Of a stretch of DNA of 64,000 nt, positions 44,624 to 58,073 are shown in pieces. The notes below the pieces were generated by a model that saw nothing but the letters and a program-made list of their open reading frames with translations, was not told the DNA's origin and made no database searches. How positions within the stretch are numbered: position 1 is the first letter of the stretch; every line of letters begins with the position of its first letter. The position numbers and the translations under genes were made by a program. Source of the DNA: Anthoceros angustus (lineage: Eukaryota > Plantae > Anthocerotophyta); contig VJWM01000106.1 in NCBI GenBank assembly GCA_010909165.1, forward strand, positions 558,001 through 622,000. The letters are read 5' to 3'.

Positions 44624-47600
44624 TGTGGTAGGAAAACCCCGGCTCAGATCCTCCCACTATAGCGCCACACTTATCCCACTGCCGCTTCACGCTGGGTTTC
44701 ATTCCCATGAGACTTGTGTGAAAGTTCGAGGCCTTGTGACCGCCACCGCAGACACAACTTCTCAGCCTTCTAAACGAGCAAGGCGCCTCACTCACTCTCT
44801 TACACTGCACCACTTGCACCGCTCAAAAATCACCAATCCTCGACCTACAACGACAAACAATTGCGGTGTCCCGCCTTGAGGAGCCTATCACGGCGCCTGT
44901 GGACCCCCGATCCACACCGCATCCCTACTTAAGACCACTCTTCTCCACCTGGGAGCGCCTTTACTTGCAGATTTGGGATCTGGCCCCTTAGGCTCGCCTG
45001 TGGCCTTCCAACACCTACACCTCTAATCCTCTACTCATCTTCTCATCCTCTTCCTCCTATTCTAACCTCGCCTGGGCTTATCGGTTCGACTACCGCACGG
45101 CACAACCGCCTGGGTCCGCCTCCACCAAAGAAGTTCTTCCTTGGGCGGTTGCTATGAGTTTGACACTGTGACAATGAGAACCTCCAGGAGTCTTTCCTGT
45201 AGTCTACCCTCAAGCCGAGAGTTCTCGGCATTGCCACACACCCAAAGCAAAGCAATTTCACAAAGAACCATTCACAAGGGGAGCAACTGCTTAGGCACTT
45301 GCAGAGCAAGTCCTCCACCAAGCACTCCGACCACCGCGACTTCCTCTCTACCAGACACTCCTACCGGCTCACAAAGCAGAATGGCACTGAGTATGGAAGA
45401 CATGATACTTTACTTTGTGAAATCCTCCTCCTCTTATAGGAGGCCTTCCACATACAACCTCCCTTAGGTGACCCTACCGCAGTCACCTTTTCCAATTTTC
45501 TATTATTTCCTACCGCCAAGATTTAATGTCCGCACCTAAGTCTATTGTCGATCCTTGGTAAATTCTATTCTAGTAACTTCACCTAAGATCATCCTGAAGG
45601 ATGTCACCACACCACCTATCCTTCTATTCTCTCTAAAGCTCATTTATGGTCATTGACCATTCTAGTCCTTACCTCACTGGGTGTCTTGTGGATTGGCCTC
45701 GCCTCCTTTTGCTCTTGCCCTTCCCCTTTGTCATCTTCCTAATGTGTGGGCAAGTACAATCTGCCCTTCCTCCATCTCCGCGGGCGGCGCCTGATTCTCT
45801 CCAAATCGCCCTCCACACCAGGCGCCTTTTCTTCCCCCGCTGGTCGCCTTCATCGACTCACCGCGTAGTCCGGCAGACTACGGTAGGTGACTACCTACCA
45901 TGGTAGTCTCGACCCTTCTTTCTTCTTCTCCGGTGATGTCTCGGGTGAGATTCCTTTGCTCCTTCCTTGTTTTTGTCCATACCTATCAGCATGTCTTCAA
46001 AGGTTCTCCCCATCATGTTGCTGCTAACTCCGGCCTTCTTGTGTCCCTCCTGGCTCGCCCTTCCTTGCTCCGTGGTGAGGGAACTTCACCCTCCTTCTTC
46101 CTGACGGGTCGGACCTCCTAGTCTCCTCCGTGGGGTTGTCTCCCACCTCCTCCCTCGGGGGTATACCACGGACCCCCCCTTCCCCCTTCAGCCACCGCCC
46201 GACCCCCCAGCCGCGCCTGCTGCTGCACCCTGAGTCCGCATCACCGCGAGTGTGGTCACCACCACGGCCGGGTGTCACTGTGGTCACCCCGGAGGGTGGG
46301 CTTTCCCCTCCTTGCTCTCGCGCCATCTTCCACCTTGGCGCCACGGCCTCCTTCGTCTCCGACTCCTCATTCCTGAGTCCATTTCACGATGGCCTCATCA
46401 AAATCGGAGGCCTCCTGCACTGTGCCTTCGCCATCATCATGAGGACCCAATGTCCTCCTCTTGGCCAAACGCAAGATCTCATTGTTGGCCTTCAAAATTC
46501 TATTGTGGAGGTGGGCCCCAAGCTATGATATTGCATTTGGAGATCATCAATCTCCGGGGCCACTCTCCATCTTCACACCTACCTTGTAGGCATCTTGAGG
46601 TGGTCAATTCTCCCACCTTGACATGGAGGGTCACATTCTCCTCCCTTGCTTCCTCACCGGCCAATTTGCTCAAGGGCATAGTCCCAAAACCTTCGCTTCC
46701 TTACTACCAAAGATTTCTTGTACTCCTCCTCCGGGACCTTTTTCCTTCCAAGTCCTCTATGAGCAAGCCCTTCCCTCTCCGCCAAGCATCTTTCTCGGCC
46801 CTCCCGGCAGTTTGGTTTTGAATTTCCAGCCGAGCGCTTCTTCCAAACAAACCGCTCTTCTCAACTCTTCCTTCATGTCCGGATCCGGATGGCTTGGTAG
46901 CCACTGCTCTTGCTGGCCATCGCCCGCTTCTCCTTCCTAGAGCCTCAGCCTTTTGCCCTTTCTCTTGCTCTAATTGGGCAAAATGCCTCCGCCTTTTGCC
47001 TCCATGAGTCCTTTGGGTTGCTCGAATGGCTCTTCTGCTTGTGACAACCTCCCTCCTAGATTTTCCTCCGCCATCCATGAGGTCACACTGGAGCTTCTCG
47101 CCCTTCCAACTTGGCTGCCTTCTCCTGACTCCATGGCCTCCAATTGCCACTTGGTCCCCGCCTTCCCGCCATGTCTTGAGATTTCACTTCCTCTGGCATG
47201 CCCACAAGGAGGCTGTTCCCTAGCCCTTCAAATCCACACGGCCGAGTGCTTCACAAGCACCAAAGAATCTCCTAGGGCCCTAATTCCACTTCTTCTTGCC
47301 GGAAATCTCCAGCCAGACTTCCATCACGCGGTGGGTCCCCTTCACCCTCCCCATCCGCCTCCCACCAGCGGGAGATGGCGGCCAGGCGCCTCGGCCTCAC
47401 GCTTCCTTCCCTTCCACCGAGGGCTGCCACCGGCGAGGGTGCCCGCCACCGTGGTAGGCGCTCCTCACAGGTAGTCCGCCTACCTACCGGTAGGTCGACC
47501 GCCTACCACGGTAGTCTGCCCACCCCTTGGTAGACCGCCTCCCACCGGGTAGGGTGCCTCTCCCAGGGCACATGAGATGGTGGGGACTCCCCACCCTTGG

Positions 47601-50600
47601 GCGGTAGTCCTCCTCTCATAGACTACCATGGCCTTCCTCGCTTGCTCTTCTCTCTTGCTTGCTCTGTGGGAAAGGATTCCCACTCCGCTTGTTGCCGCCT
47701 CTTCTCCTCTTGCCTCTAGCATGCTTGTGGAGGTCCGACCTCCCACCGCCTTCGCAATGCAAAAGGCAAAGGCCTTTCCAACCTGGAGATGGATGATCAA
47801 AGGATGCCATGCATCTTCAAGCTCCTTGCTTGTGAGAGTCCTCTGCTTTCCCATAAATGCACCAAATAGGTGCTTTGAGTAGCATGGCGGTGTGGAATGG
47901 GTTTGCATCCAAAGACGCAAGGAGGCCACATTTACCCTCTATGTCGTTATAGTCCTAGGATTCGATCCCAAGGGAATGGTTTTGTGTCAAGATGAGCTAA
48001 TCTACGGTGTCTAACCTACCACAACGACGCTTACCCGAACCACCCACTCTCGAATACCCACCGTGGAGGACTCACCGCCGCGGGGTTCCACATCGTAGTG
48101 GCGTTGCGCCACCGCGGGTTGACTCAACCACTGGGCGGGCCTCACAAGCGCGCACTGCGCTGTGACTACTCACACGGCCCGGGACGGGGTCTCCGAGGGT
48201 CGCCCTTCCACACACACGCACACATAGACTCACATCTACTCTAATTCACTCCTAGGGGGTCCGTGCTTAACTTCCCGGAATTAGGCACTGATCAGAATAC
48301 CGCTGACGACCACCCGGTCGACCCCACCCATCTCACCTCGCTCTTTCTATTACTCCGCTTCCTCAAAACGCAACCACAATTTCCTTACCACAAAGATACT
48401 CACCCTCTTCCGAGAACCTCTCACCGCACATGTATACCCGCCTCTCTCCCTTTTCCTGTGCCACACAGACCTCACCACGGGCTGCACCCCTCCTCATAGA
48501 ATTAAACACGCTCGATGGGCAGCTTGTTGGAAGGAGGGACAGAACGACCAAGATTTGGGCGATTCACCTCGATCTCACCCGACTTTCCGCAGCAACCCTT
48601 GCCCCTTCTCGCGCATGCGCGCCTCACCATTCGTCCTGCACGTGGAGCTTGGCCACTCCTCGACTATCCAGGATCTGGCTTCTTGTGAGAAGACGGTGCG
48701 CCAAACCCGTTTGATCTTGACGACGCTCCAATCAACCCCACACGAGGATTCGATACACGTTCACACAAATCGTCTGCCTTTGAGAGACACCCAAAGGGTC
48801 TCTTATACATCCGGGTCCAACAACCACTTCTCTTTAGGGTCTAAAATTGTAGCTCCTACCACGAGCGCCTTACCAATCTAAGCAACAGCTCTACGGTGAT
48901 GGAACTCCCTATCCTCGCCCGAAAAGGAAACCCGGTCCTAGGCTATCGCGACTCTAAAATCAGCCTCGCTGACCGCCGCCCACGGCCCATGGGGACCCCT
49001 CTCGCCTCTACCGCCCGATCCGAGCGATTTTCCCCACAACCTCCACCTCCTCTCCTGAGTTTCCCTCGCGCCTTCCCGCGACGTTGCGCTGTGACCTCTA
49101 TGTCCATTGTCCCGCCTCGCCGGACAACCATACTGCTCCTCCCTCCATGCTCGCCTCCGCTCATCTCTTCCAAAGACCACTTGCGGAGGATAGGCGCCCG
49201 CTCCTACAAGGAACCATCGTAAACGCGGTGTCAAGATGCCAAGTTTCGCCTCCCGTCCCAACAACCACATACACGCTTAGAGTGAGCACCGCCACCATGC
49301 AGTGGCTGTGACATGAGCATCCTCATCCGGACGCCGAGCACACACGCCTTCCGATACAGAGGTCCTTACCTCTCCTCCCGTGGACAATCCTGGGCCGGCC
49401 TGCTGATTCTCCGTGAGATCTCTCCCTCCATCTGCGACACTCCTGCCGGTGACTTCCCCACCTCGCCCACGCTCCACGACGGTTGGTTTAGCCACCGTGG
49501 TGGTTACTTCCCACGGTGGTTGCTTGCCTCTGTGCCGGCCTTTCTTTGGCCACCTCTCTGACTCGGCCCTAGCTTCTCTTTCCCGCTTGTATCTCCGCCA
49601 GCTTCTTGAATTTCTCCAAGGGCCATCGCCCACCGCCTCCGGACTCGCGAGACCTCATCTTGAAGCTCTTCAATTGTAGCATGCGCCCCTTGACCTGATT
49701 TACTAAGGCCGAGTGGACATGGCCCTTAACGCCTCCTGTGCCTTGCATAAGGCCGCGCACCCCTGCGCTCCCCCGCCTTGCTCTCGCCTTCCGCTTTCCA
49801 ACTTCTCCTTGAGCAACTTCTCCTTGGCCTTGACATGTAAGCCTGAAATAGAGTCCTTGGGTTTTGTAATTGTAGAAATAAGAAAGTGTCTATATATGTT
49901 AGGTGCCTACATCTTGCCACATGCGCTCAAGAGGGAGCTGGCCCCACCACGGTGGCCAAGAACGGACGCTGCACTGTGGAGTTTACAACCCTAGTGGCGA
50001 GCGGGCCGCTAGACAATGGAGAATCGAGAGACGACACCCAAGACCGCGAGGTCGCGAACCTGTGCCGTGACGCCGGAGCGGAGCCGCAGCAGCCGGGCGC
50101 ATGCAACCGCGGGGCCGAGTCTGCTTTCACTGTGTAGGAGGCGCGCCACCGTAACGGCGGTGGCGGGCGGAGGAAGGAAACCGTGCGCGGCGAGCGAAGG
50201 AGGAAAAGAGGCGCTGAGGCAAGAGCGCCAGAGGGGGAGTGGAGGAGACGTGCAAGGGTGGTGTTCCTTTTTCTCACCGCCTGCAGTGGGGTTCTTTTTT
50301 TTTCTCGAGAAACAAGGAGAAAGGGAGATGGCGCGAGGCTGTCAAATTTTACTCATGCAAAGGGCCCAACATGGACCATGGAAGGTGAGAGCCGCACTGC
50401 GGGAGCTGGGTCCGGAATTTATGGAGAAGAAATGGTGTTAACCAAAGATTGGTGCAAGAGTGCGCCCGCATTGAGAACAGTCGCAAGAGGGCGACGCGAG
50501 AAAGAGGCCGCAAACTGGATTTGGGGCTCTTTCGAGCAGATGGGCGAGAAGCATAGAGGATGGAAGCTTGGTAATTGACCCCGGAGAAAGAAGACCCGAG

Positions 50601-53600
50601 TCGCAGGGCCGCCATGAAGCTCGGAGAAGTGAGGTGAACAATGGATGGGTGACTCGCCAACTCGTGTTCACTGGTGGGATTGGCCAAGTGGATTTTGTGC
50701 AGAACCGAAGTTGGATCATATGGCGCACCACTCGGTCTTCTTCTTCATGAGGTGGTTAAGGGTACACAAATCGATTGGGGCGGATGATCTTTGAAAGAGC
50801 CTGTGAAGGCGACTTTGCCTCCCTTCCCCCTCCTTGATTTCACCTTTTCTAATTCATGTGTTCGCGCATTCGAGTGTCTAACTGAGTTGAAGTCGGCCTT
50901 CATAGGGAAACCGCCGTGAACTCAAGGTAGAGGAGGAGGAGGTAAGAGGATTCCGGGGATTCCAAAGAATTGCGCCCCTAGAAGATTCGGATGAAGGTGG
51001 GGAGGTTTCAAGGGTAAGAAGGCGACGGCCAAACGGGGTGCGAAGAAGGGAATAGCAGAAGAGGAACCCATACCACCTAGGGTCACTGTGTTAAATCTGA
51101 AGGAATGGGTGAAGGAGGAGAAATAAGAGGGAACGACAAGTTGTTCCCCTGCAGGGGAGGAGTCGCTTAGGAGTGGTAGGGAAAACCCCGGGCTCGAGAT
51201 CCTCCCACTATAGCGGCCACACTTATCCCAATCGCCTGCATTTGACGCTGGCCCCATGAGACTTGTGTGAAAGTTCGAGGCCCAATGACCGATCGCTACA
51301 CCGCAGACACAACTTCTCAGCCTTCTAAACGAGCAAGGCGCCCTCTACTCACCCTCTTATAGCAGCTGCACCACTTGCACTGCTTCGAAAAATCACCAAT
51401 CCTCGACCTACAACGACACCAAACAATTGCAGGTCTTGCCTCAACAGCGAGGAGCCTATCACGGGCGCCCAGGGACCCCCTGACCCACACCGCAATTTCG
51501 TCCCTACTCCTAAGACCAATCTTCTCCACTCTGGGAGCGCTCTTTTACTTGTGATTTGGGATCGTCCCTTAGGCTCGCCTCTGTGGCCTTCGCTAACACC
51601 TACACCTCTAATCCTCTACTCATCTTCTCATCCCTTCCTCCTATTCTAACCGCCGGCTTTCATCGACTGCCCGCCTTACGGACAACCGCCTGGGTCCGCC
51701 TCCACCAAAGAAGTTCTTCCTTGGGCCGGTTATGAGTTGACACCAGACAATGAGTATCTCCAGTGAGTCTTTCCTGTGGAGTCTACCTCAAGCCGAGAGT
51801 TCTGGCATTGCCACACACCCAAAGCAAAGCAATTTCACAAAGAACCATTCACAAGGGGAGCAACTGCTTAGGCACTTGCAGCAAGTCCTCCACCAAGCAC
51901 TCCGACCACCGACTTCCTCTCTACTGTGACACATACTGGCTCATGGCAAAGGACTCAGTATGGAAGCACAAGACATGATACTTTACTTTGTGAAATCCTC
52001 CTCCTCTATAGGAGGCCTTCCACATACACTCCTCCCTTAGGTGACCCTACCGCAGTCACCTTTTCCAATTTTCTATTATTTCCTACAAGATTTAATGTCC
52101 GCACCTAAGTCTATTGTCGGTTCGGTAAATTCTATTCTAGTAACTTCACCTAAGATCATCCTTAAAGGATGTCACCCTATCTCACCTATCCTTCCTATTC
52201 TCCTAGTTCATTTATGGTCTTTGACCATATCCGCCTTCACCGGGTTAGGGATCGTCCGCTGTGGATTGGCCTCGCCTCCTTTGCTCTTGCCCTTCCGCCT
52301 TTGTCATCTTCCTAATGTGGGCAAGTACAACCTTGCCCTTCCTCCATCTCCGCGGGCGGCGCCTGAGTCCTCATCTGGTAATTGCGCCTCCGGCCAGCGC
52401 CTTCTTCTATCCCCCGTCACGCCTTCTTTACCAAGAGACCACTGTAGTCCGCATCATCGGTAGTCACTACCTCCATGGTAGTCCCGACCTTCTTCTTCTT
52501 CCTCCTGGTGGTGGTCTCGGGTTGAGATCCTTTGCTCCTTTCCTTGTTTGATTTGTCCATACCTATCATGGAGCATTTCAAAGGTTCCCCATTCGCCAAT
52601 TTGTCCCTCGCTAATTCGGCCTTCTGGGTCTCCTGCTCGCCTCTCTTGCTCCTGGTGCGAGGGAACTTCTCACCCTCCTTCTCGACGGGTCGGATCCCAT
52701 CGCCCCTCCTCCGGCTCCCCCACCTCTTCCGCCTCCAGGGGCTATCGCCCCCGCCCCTCACATGCCACCGCGCCCGACCCCCCAGTTCCGCGCCTGCACT
52801 GTTCCCACCTGTAGTCCGGGCAGACCACCGCGAGTGTGGCTGCCACCACGCAGTCTCGGTCACCGGTAGGTGGACCACCTGTGAGGGCGGGCTGTCCTCC
52901 TTCTCTCGCGCCATCTTCCATTCTTGGCGCCGCTTCTCCTTCGACTCCCCGATTCCTGAGTCCATTTCCACGATGGCCTCATCAAAATCGAGGCCTCCGG
53001 CCGCACTGTGCCCTTCCTCCATCATCATGAGGACCCAATGTCCTCTTTGGCCAAACGCAGATCTCATTATGGCCTTCAAAATCTATGTGGAGGTGGCGCC
53101 CAAGCTATGATATTGCATTTGAGATCATCAATCTCCGGGCCCCATCTCACACCTACCTTGTAGGCATCCCTGAGGTGGTCAATTCTCCCACCTTGACATG
53201 GAGGGTACATTCTCCCTTTGCTTCCTTCACCGGGCCAATGCCTCAAGGGCATAATCCGCCCAAAACCTCTTCTTACTACCAAGATTTTTGTGGTACTCCT
53301 CCTCTGGACCTTTTTCCTTCCAAGTCCCTAGCTGAGCAAGCCCTTCCCTCTCCGCCAAGCACCTTTCTCGCTCCAGCCTCAGCTTTGGCCGGCTCACCTC
53401 AGCGCTTCTTCCAAATCAAACTTTTCTTCAACTCTTCCTTCATGTCCGGATCCGATGGCTTTGAGCCATCACTGCTCTTGCTGCCATTTGCCGAGACCGC
53501 CTCTCCTTCCGAGAGCCTCTGCTTGCCCTCGCCTCTTGCTCTAATTGGGCAAAATGCTCCTCCGCCTTTTGCCTCCAAGAGTCCCTTTGCTTGTTGCCCG

Positions 53601-56335
53601 AATAGGTCTTTCTTTGTGACAACCTCCTTCCAGACTTCTTCCGCTACCATCCATGAGGTCACTGAGCTTCTACCCTCTCCAACTTGGCTACCTTCTGCTG
53701 ACCCATGGCTTCCAATTGCCACTTGGTCCCCGCCTTCCTCCGCCATGTCTTGAGTTTCACTCTTCTCGATGCCCACAAGGAGGCTAGTTCCCTAGCTCCT
53801 TCAATCCATACTACTGAGTGTTTCACGCACCCAAGAATTCCTAAGGGCCCACCTCTCTTTCTTGGAAATCTCCAGCCTCGACTCATGCACATCAGCGCGC
53901 GTCCCCTCACATCCGCCTTCCACCTAGCTGGGCGATGGGCAGGCGCACAAGGCTCGCTGTTTCCTTCCTTTCTCCTACCAGAGTCGCACCACGGCGAGGT
54001 TGCCCGCCACCGTGGTAGGCCGCCTCCCATCAGCGTAGTCCGCCCACCCACGAGATTGACCGCCTACCACGGTAGTCCGCCCACCCCTGTAGGCTGCACC
54101 GGTAGGTCACGGTGCCTCTTCCCAGGCACTCCATGCAATGGTGGGGACTTCACTGGAGCGGCCTCTCCTCAGAACTACCACTTGGCCCTCCTTGCCGATC
54201 TTGCTTCTTCTCTTCTTCGCTCTTGTGGGAAAGGCTTCTACTCCGCAACTCTGCCCCCTCTTCTTGGCCCTGGCATGCTTGTGGAGGTCTGGCCTCCCAC
54301 TGTCTTCCGCAATGCAAAAGGCAAAGGCCTTTCCAAACTTGGCTGGAGGTGGATGACTTCAAAGGGATGCCATGCATCCTCAAGCTCCTTGCTTGTGAGA
54401 AGTCCCTCTGTTTCCCATAAATGCACCAAATAGGTGCTGAGGTAGCATGGCCTGGTGTGGAATGGGTTTTTTTGCATCCAAAGACGCAAGGAGGCCACAT
54501 TTACCCTCTATGTCGTTATAGTCCTAGGATTCGATCCCAAGGGAATGGTTTTGTGTCAAGATGAGCTAATCTATGTCTAACCTACCACAACCGCGTTTAC
54601 CTACGAACCACCCACTCTACGGAACCCACCACTGTGGAGGACTCACCGCCGCGGGGTTCACATCGAGCCGCCACCGCAGTGGTTGACTCAACCATCGGGC
54701 GCCTCAGGGCGCCAGTCATCACCCGCCACGGGACGGGTCTCCGAGGTCGCCCCCACACACACGCACACAGACCACATCTACTCTAATTCACCTAGGGGTC
54801 CGTGTCGAACTTCCGAATTAGGCACTCGATCGAATACCGCGACGACCGCCTGTCGACCCCCACCGATCTCACTCTCTTTCTATTACTCCGCTTTCCTCAA
54901 ACGCAACCACAATTTCCCTTACCGATACTCACCCTTCTTCCAGAACCTCTCACCGCACATGTATACTCTCTCTCCCTTTTCCCCACAGACCTCACCACGG
55001 GCCACATGCACCCCTTCTCTCATGGAATTAAACACGGCGAGCTTGGAAAAGAGGATCAGGGAAGCATCACGATTCACCTGCCGATCTCACTCACCTTTCC
55101 GCTGCAACCTTGCCCTTCTCGCGCATTACCTCACCATTCACACCAGCGTGAGCTTGGCCACCCGCCTCGACCATCCAGGGATCTTCCTCTTGTGAAGAAG
55201 ACGGCGCAACAACCGTTTGATGTCGACTGACGCTCCAATCAACCCCACACGAGGTTCGATACCAAGTTCACACAAATCGTCTGCCTTTGAGAGACACCCA
55301 AAGGGTCTCTTATACATCCGGTGGTCCAACATGACCACTTCTCTTAGGGTCTAAAATTGTAGCTCCTACCACGAGCGCCTTACCAATCTAAGCAACATGA
55401 CTACCGATGGAACTCCCTATCCTCGCCGAAAAGGAAACCCGGTCCTAGGCTATCGCGACTTCTAAAATCAGCCTCTGCGATTGCGCCGCCCACGGCCCAT
55501 GGGGACCCCTCGCTCCCTCGCCCGATCCGAGCGATTTTCCCCACAACCTCCACCTCACGCCTGAGTTTCCCTCGCGCCTTCCCGCGACGTTATGCGCTGT
55601 GACCTCTATGTCCATTGTCCCGCCTCCTCGCTGGACAACCATACCGTATGCTCCTCCCTCCATGCTCGCCTCCGCCTCGCTCATCTCTTCCAAAGACCAC
55701 TTGCGGAGGATAGGCGCCCGCTCCTATTCAAGGAACCATCAAACGCCTGTGGCGGTCAAGATGTACAGAGTTTCGCCTCCCGTCCCAACAACCACATACA
55801 CGCTTTAGAGTGAGCACCGCTCACCATGCGGCTGGACATGAGCATCCTCATCCGACGTAGCACAATACGCCCTTCCGACATGAGGTCCTTACCTCCTCCG
55901 TGGACAATCCTGGCCGGGCTGTTGATTCTCCAGAGATCTGTCCCTCCATCTGCGACACTCCGGGTGACTTCCCCACCTCGCCCACGTTCCACGATTTGGT
56001 GGTTTAGCCACCGTGGTGGTCACTTGGTTGCTTGCCTTGGTGCCGCTCGGCCTTTCTTGGTTTGGCCACCTCTCTTGACTCGCCCTAGCTTGCCTCTTCC
56101 GCTTGTCTCTCCGCCAGCCTTCTTGAATTTCTCCGGGCGCCATCGCCCACCGCTCCTGGACTCGAGACCTCATCTTGAAGCTCTTCAATTGTAGCATGCG
56201 CCTTGACCTGATTTACTTTGAGTGGACATGGCCTTAATCGCCTCGTGTTTTGCATAAGGTCAGACTTGCTCAAGGCCTCGGCCGCTTGCTCTTCAGCTTT
56301 CCAACTTCTCCTTGAGCAACTTCTCGTTGGCCTTG
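43265..56335. repeat. ~6.5-kb tandem duplication (43265-49835 and 49836-56335)
   Basis: Sequence restarts at TGTAAG...GAAATAGAGTCCTTGGG at 49836; collinear homology with many small indels. Confidence 0.85.
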
Positions 56336-58037
56336 CACTCAGTGAGAGCCATGGTCGCTTGATCGAGGAGATCCGCCCGAGCCATGGCCGAAGTCAAACC
56401 TCGCAAATCCCCAAATTGGGTGTCCCTTTGCCCATCCGCCTCCACAATTCCTCAGACGCGAGTCTCCTATCCCCACCTCCCTGATTTCGGTGAAATGTCG
56501 CCAAAAATATCCCGGAGTCGCGGTCTCGGTCAAGTTAACCCCTCCTCTCCTAGGGGTTGGTCCGCCATCGCCTCTTCCCCGCCTCCATTCTCTCTAGCGG
56601 CATTCATCCTGCACTGAGGGAGCAACTTGCCATTTCCCTTTATTTTCCTCCTTACCTGCGCCGCTGCCTTCGACTGGTGACCCCGGTGTAGCGGTTCCTC
56701 CTCCGCTGGGCCGCCCTCCCCGACCCCTGCTCGACTGTCGCCGCCTTCGCTTACCCTTGGAAACTTCCCACCCTCTTCCGAACCTTCCAGGCGATTCCCA
56801 ACTGGAATCCTTGCCCGAATCCTCCTTAAATTCCTCCTCTACCTTGAGTTCTCGACCGGCTTCCAACCATGCAGGACACTGCCTTCAACTCCGTTAAACA
56901 CGGAATGCGCAAATACATGAATCGGAAAAGGAAATCAAGGAGGGCCGAGGGAAGGAGAGAGTCGCCTTCTCCTCACGGCTCTTTCAAAATCATCCTTCCC
57001 CAATCAATTTGTGTACCCTTGACCACCTCGTGAAGAAAAACCAAGAAGTGATCCGCCATATGATCCAGCCTTCCTCAGAAAACACAAAATCCATTTGGCC
57101 AATCCCACCGTACAGACACGAGTTGGCGAGTCACCCATTGTTGTTCACTCTCACTTCCCTGTGCTTCATGAGCGCAGCCTCTCAAGGTCTTCTTCACTGG
57201 GGTCAATCACCAAGCTCCCATCTTCGATGCTTCGCCCATACACGCTCGAAGAGGCCAAATCCGCCTGCGGCCTTTTCCTCGGCCACCCTCTTGCGACTTG
57301 GTCCCACTTAATTGCACTCTTGCACCAATGCTCGCACCATTTCTTCTCCATGAACTTCCAGCTCCCGCACGTGCGCCAGCTCTCACTTTTCCATGGTCCA
57401 TGTTGGGCCACTGCGTGTGGGATTTCGGCACTGGCGCCATCTCCTTCTCTCGTTGTTTCCCAAAACAAAACCTCGACTACCCTGCAGATCGGTCGAGAAA
57501 AAATCGCCGCCTCGCGCTCCTTCCACGCCTCGCGAACTTGCCGGCCCGATTTCTCTCCTCCCGCCTGCCCGTCCCCGCGCCTTCCTCCTGCAACAGATGA
57601 GATTTGGCTCAAGTTGCCCCGCGCCTCTCATCCGCCTCCCGGAAAGTCGCGACCGGCCGGGTGTGCCTCTTGCGCCCGACCGACTGTAGTCCCGCCCGCC
57701 ACTAGGGTTGTAAATTCTCGTCTCAGACGTCCTGCTTTCGCCACCGTGGTGGAACTAGCCACCACCCCACTTGACTACTCAACTGTGGCATGTGAGCATC
57801 CCTAGCATATATAGACACCTTTTATTCTAAAATTCCCAATACCCAAGGACTCTATTTCTCCCACTGGGGTCAAACCTAAGGTCGAAAAATTATTATTATC
57901 TCCAAGGGCCAAGGACCATTCCGTATAAAAGACCGACTCGACGATTCTCAAAGCACTTTGCTATTCTAACACATCCAAAACAAAAAATCGCTCATCCGAC
58001 ACTTGGGAGCGGGTTAGTGCACATGTGGTCTTCCACA
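51172..58037 (-). mobile_element. Complete ~6.9-kb 3' LTR of an Athila-like Gypsy element; partial duplicate at 44624-49835
   Basis: PPT GAGAAGGGGAGTA (58038-58050, minus) abuts TGTGGAAG; the far end reads ...CTACCACA (clear at 44624); minus-strand TATA (CTATAAGAG near 45437, counterpart near 52010) lies ~0.8 kb from that end. Confidence 0.72.
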
Positions 58038-58073
58038 TACTCCCCTTCTCATTTGTTGGCGCCCCTCGCCAAC

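Noticed and set aside
45600-54450. Long Ser/Pro/Leu-rich plus-strand ORFs (e.g. 53085-53753, 53705-54433)
   Set aside because: Antisense to purine-rich LTR ORFs, and the frames are not conserved between duplicate copies.
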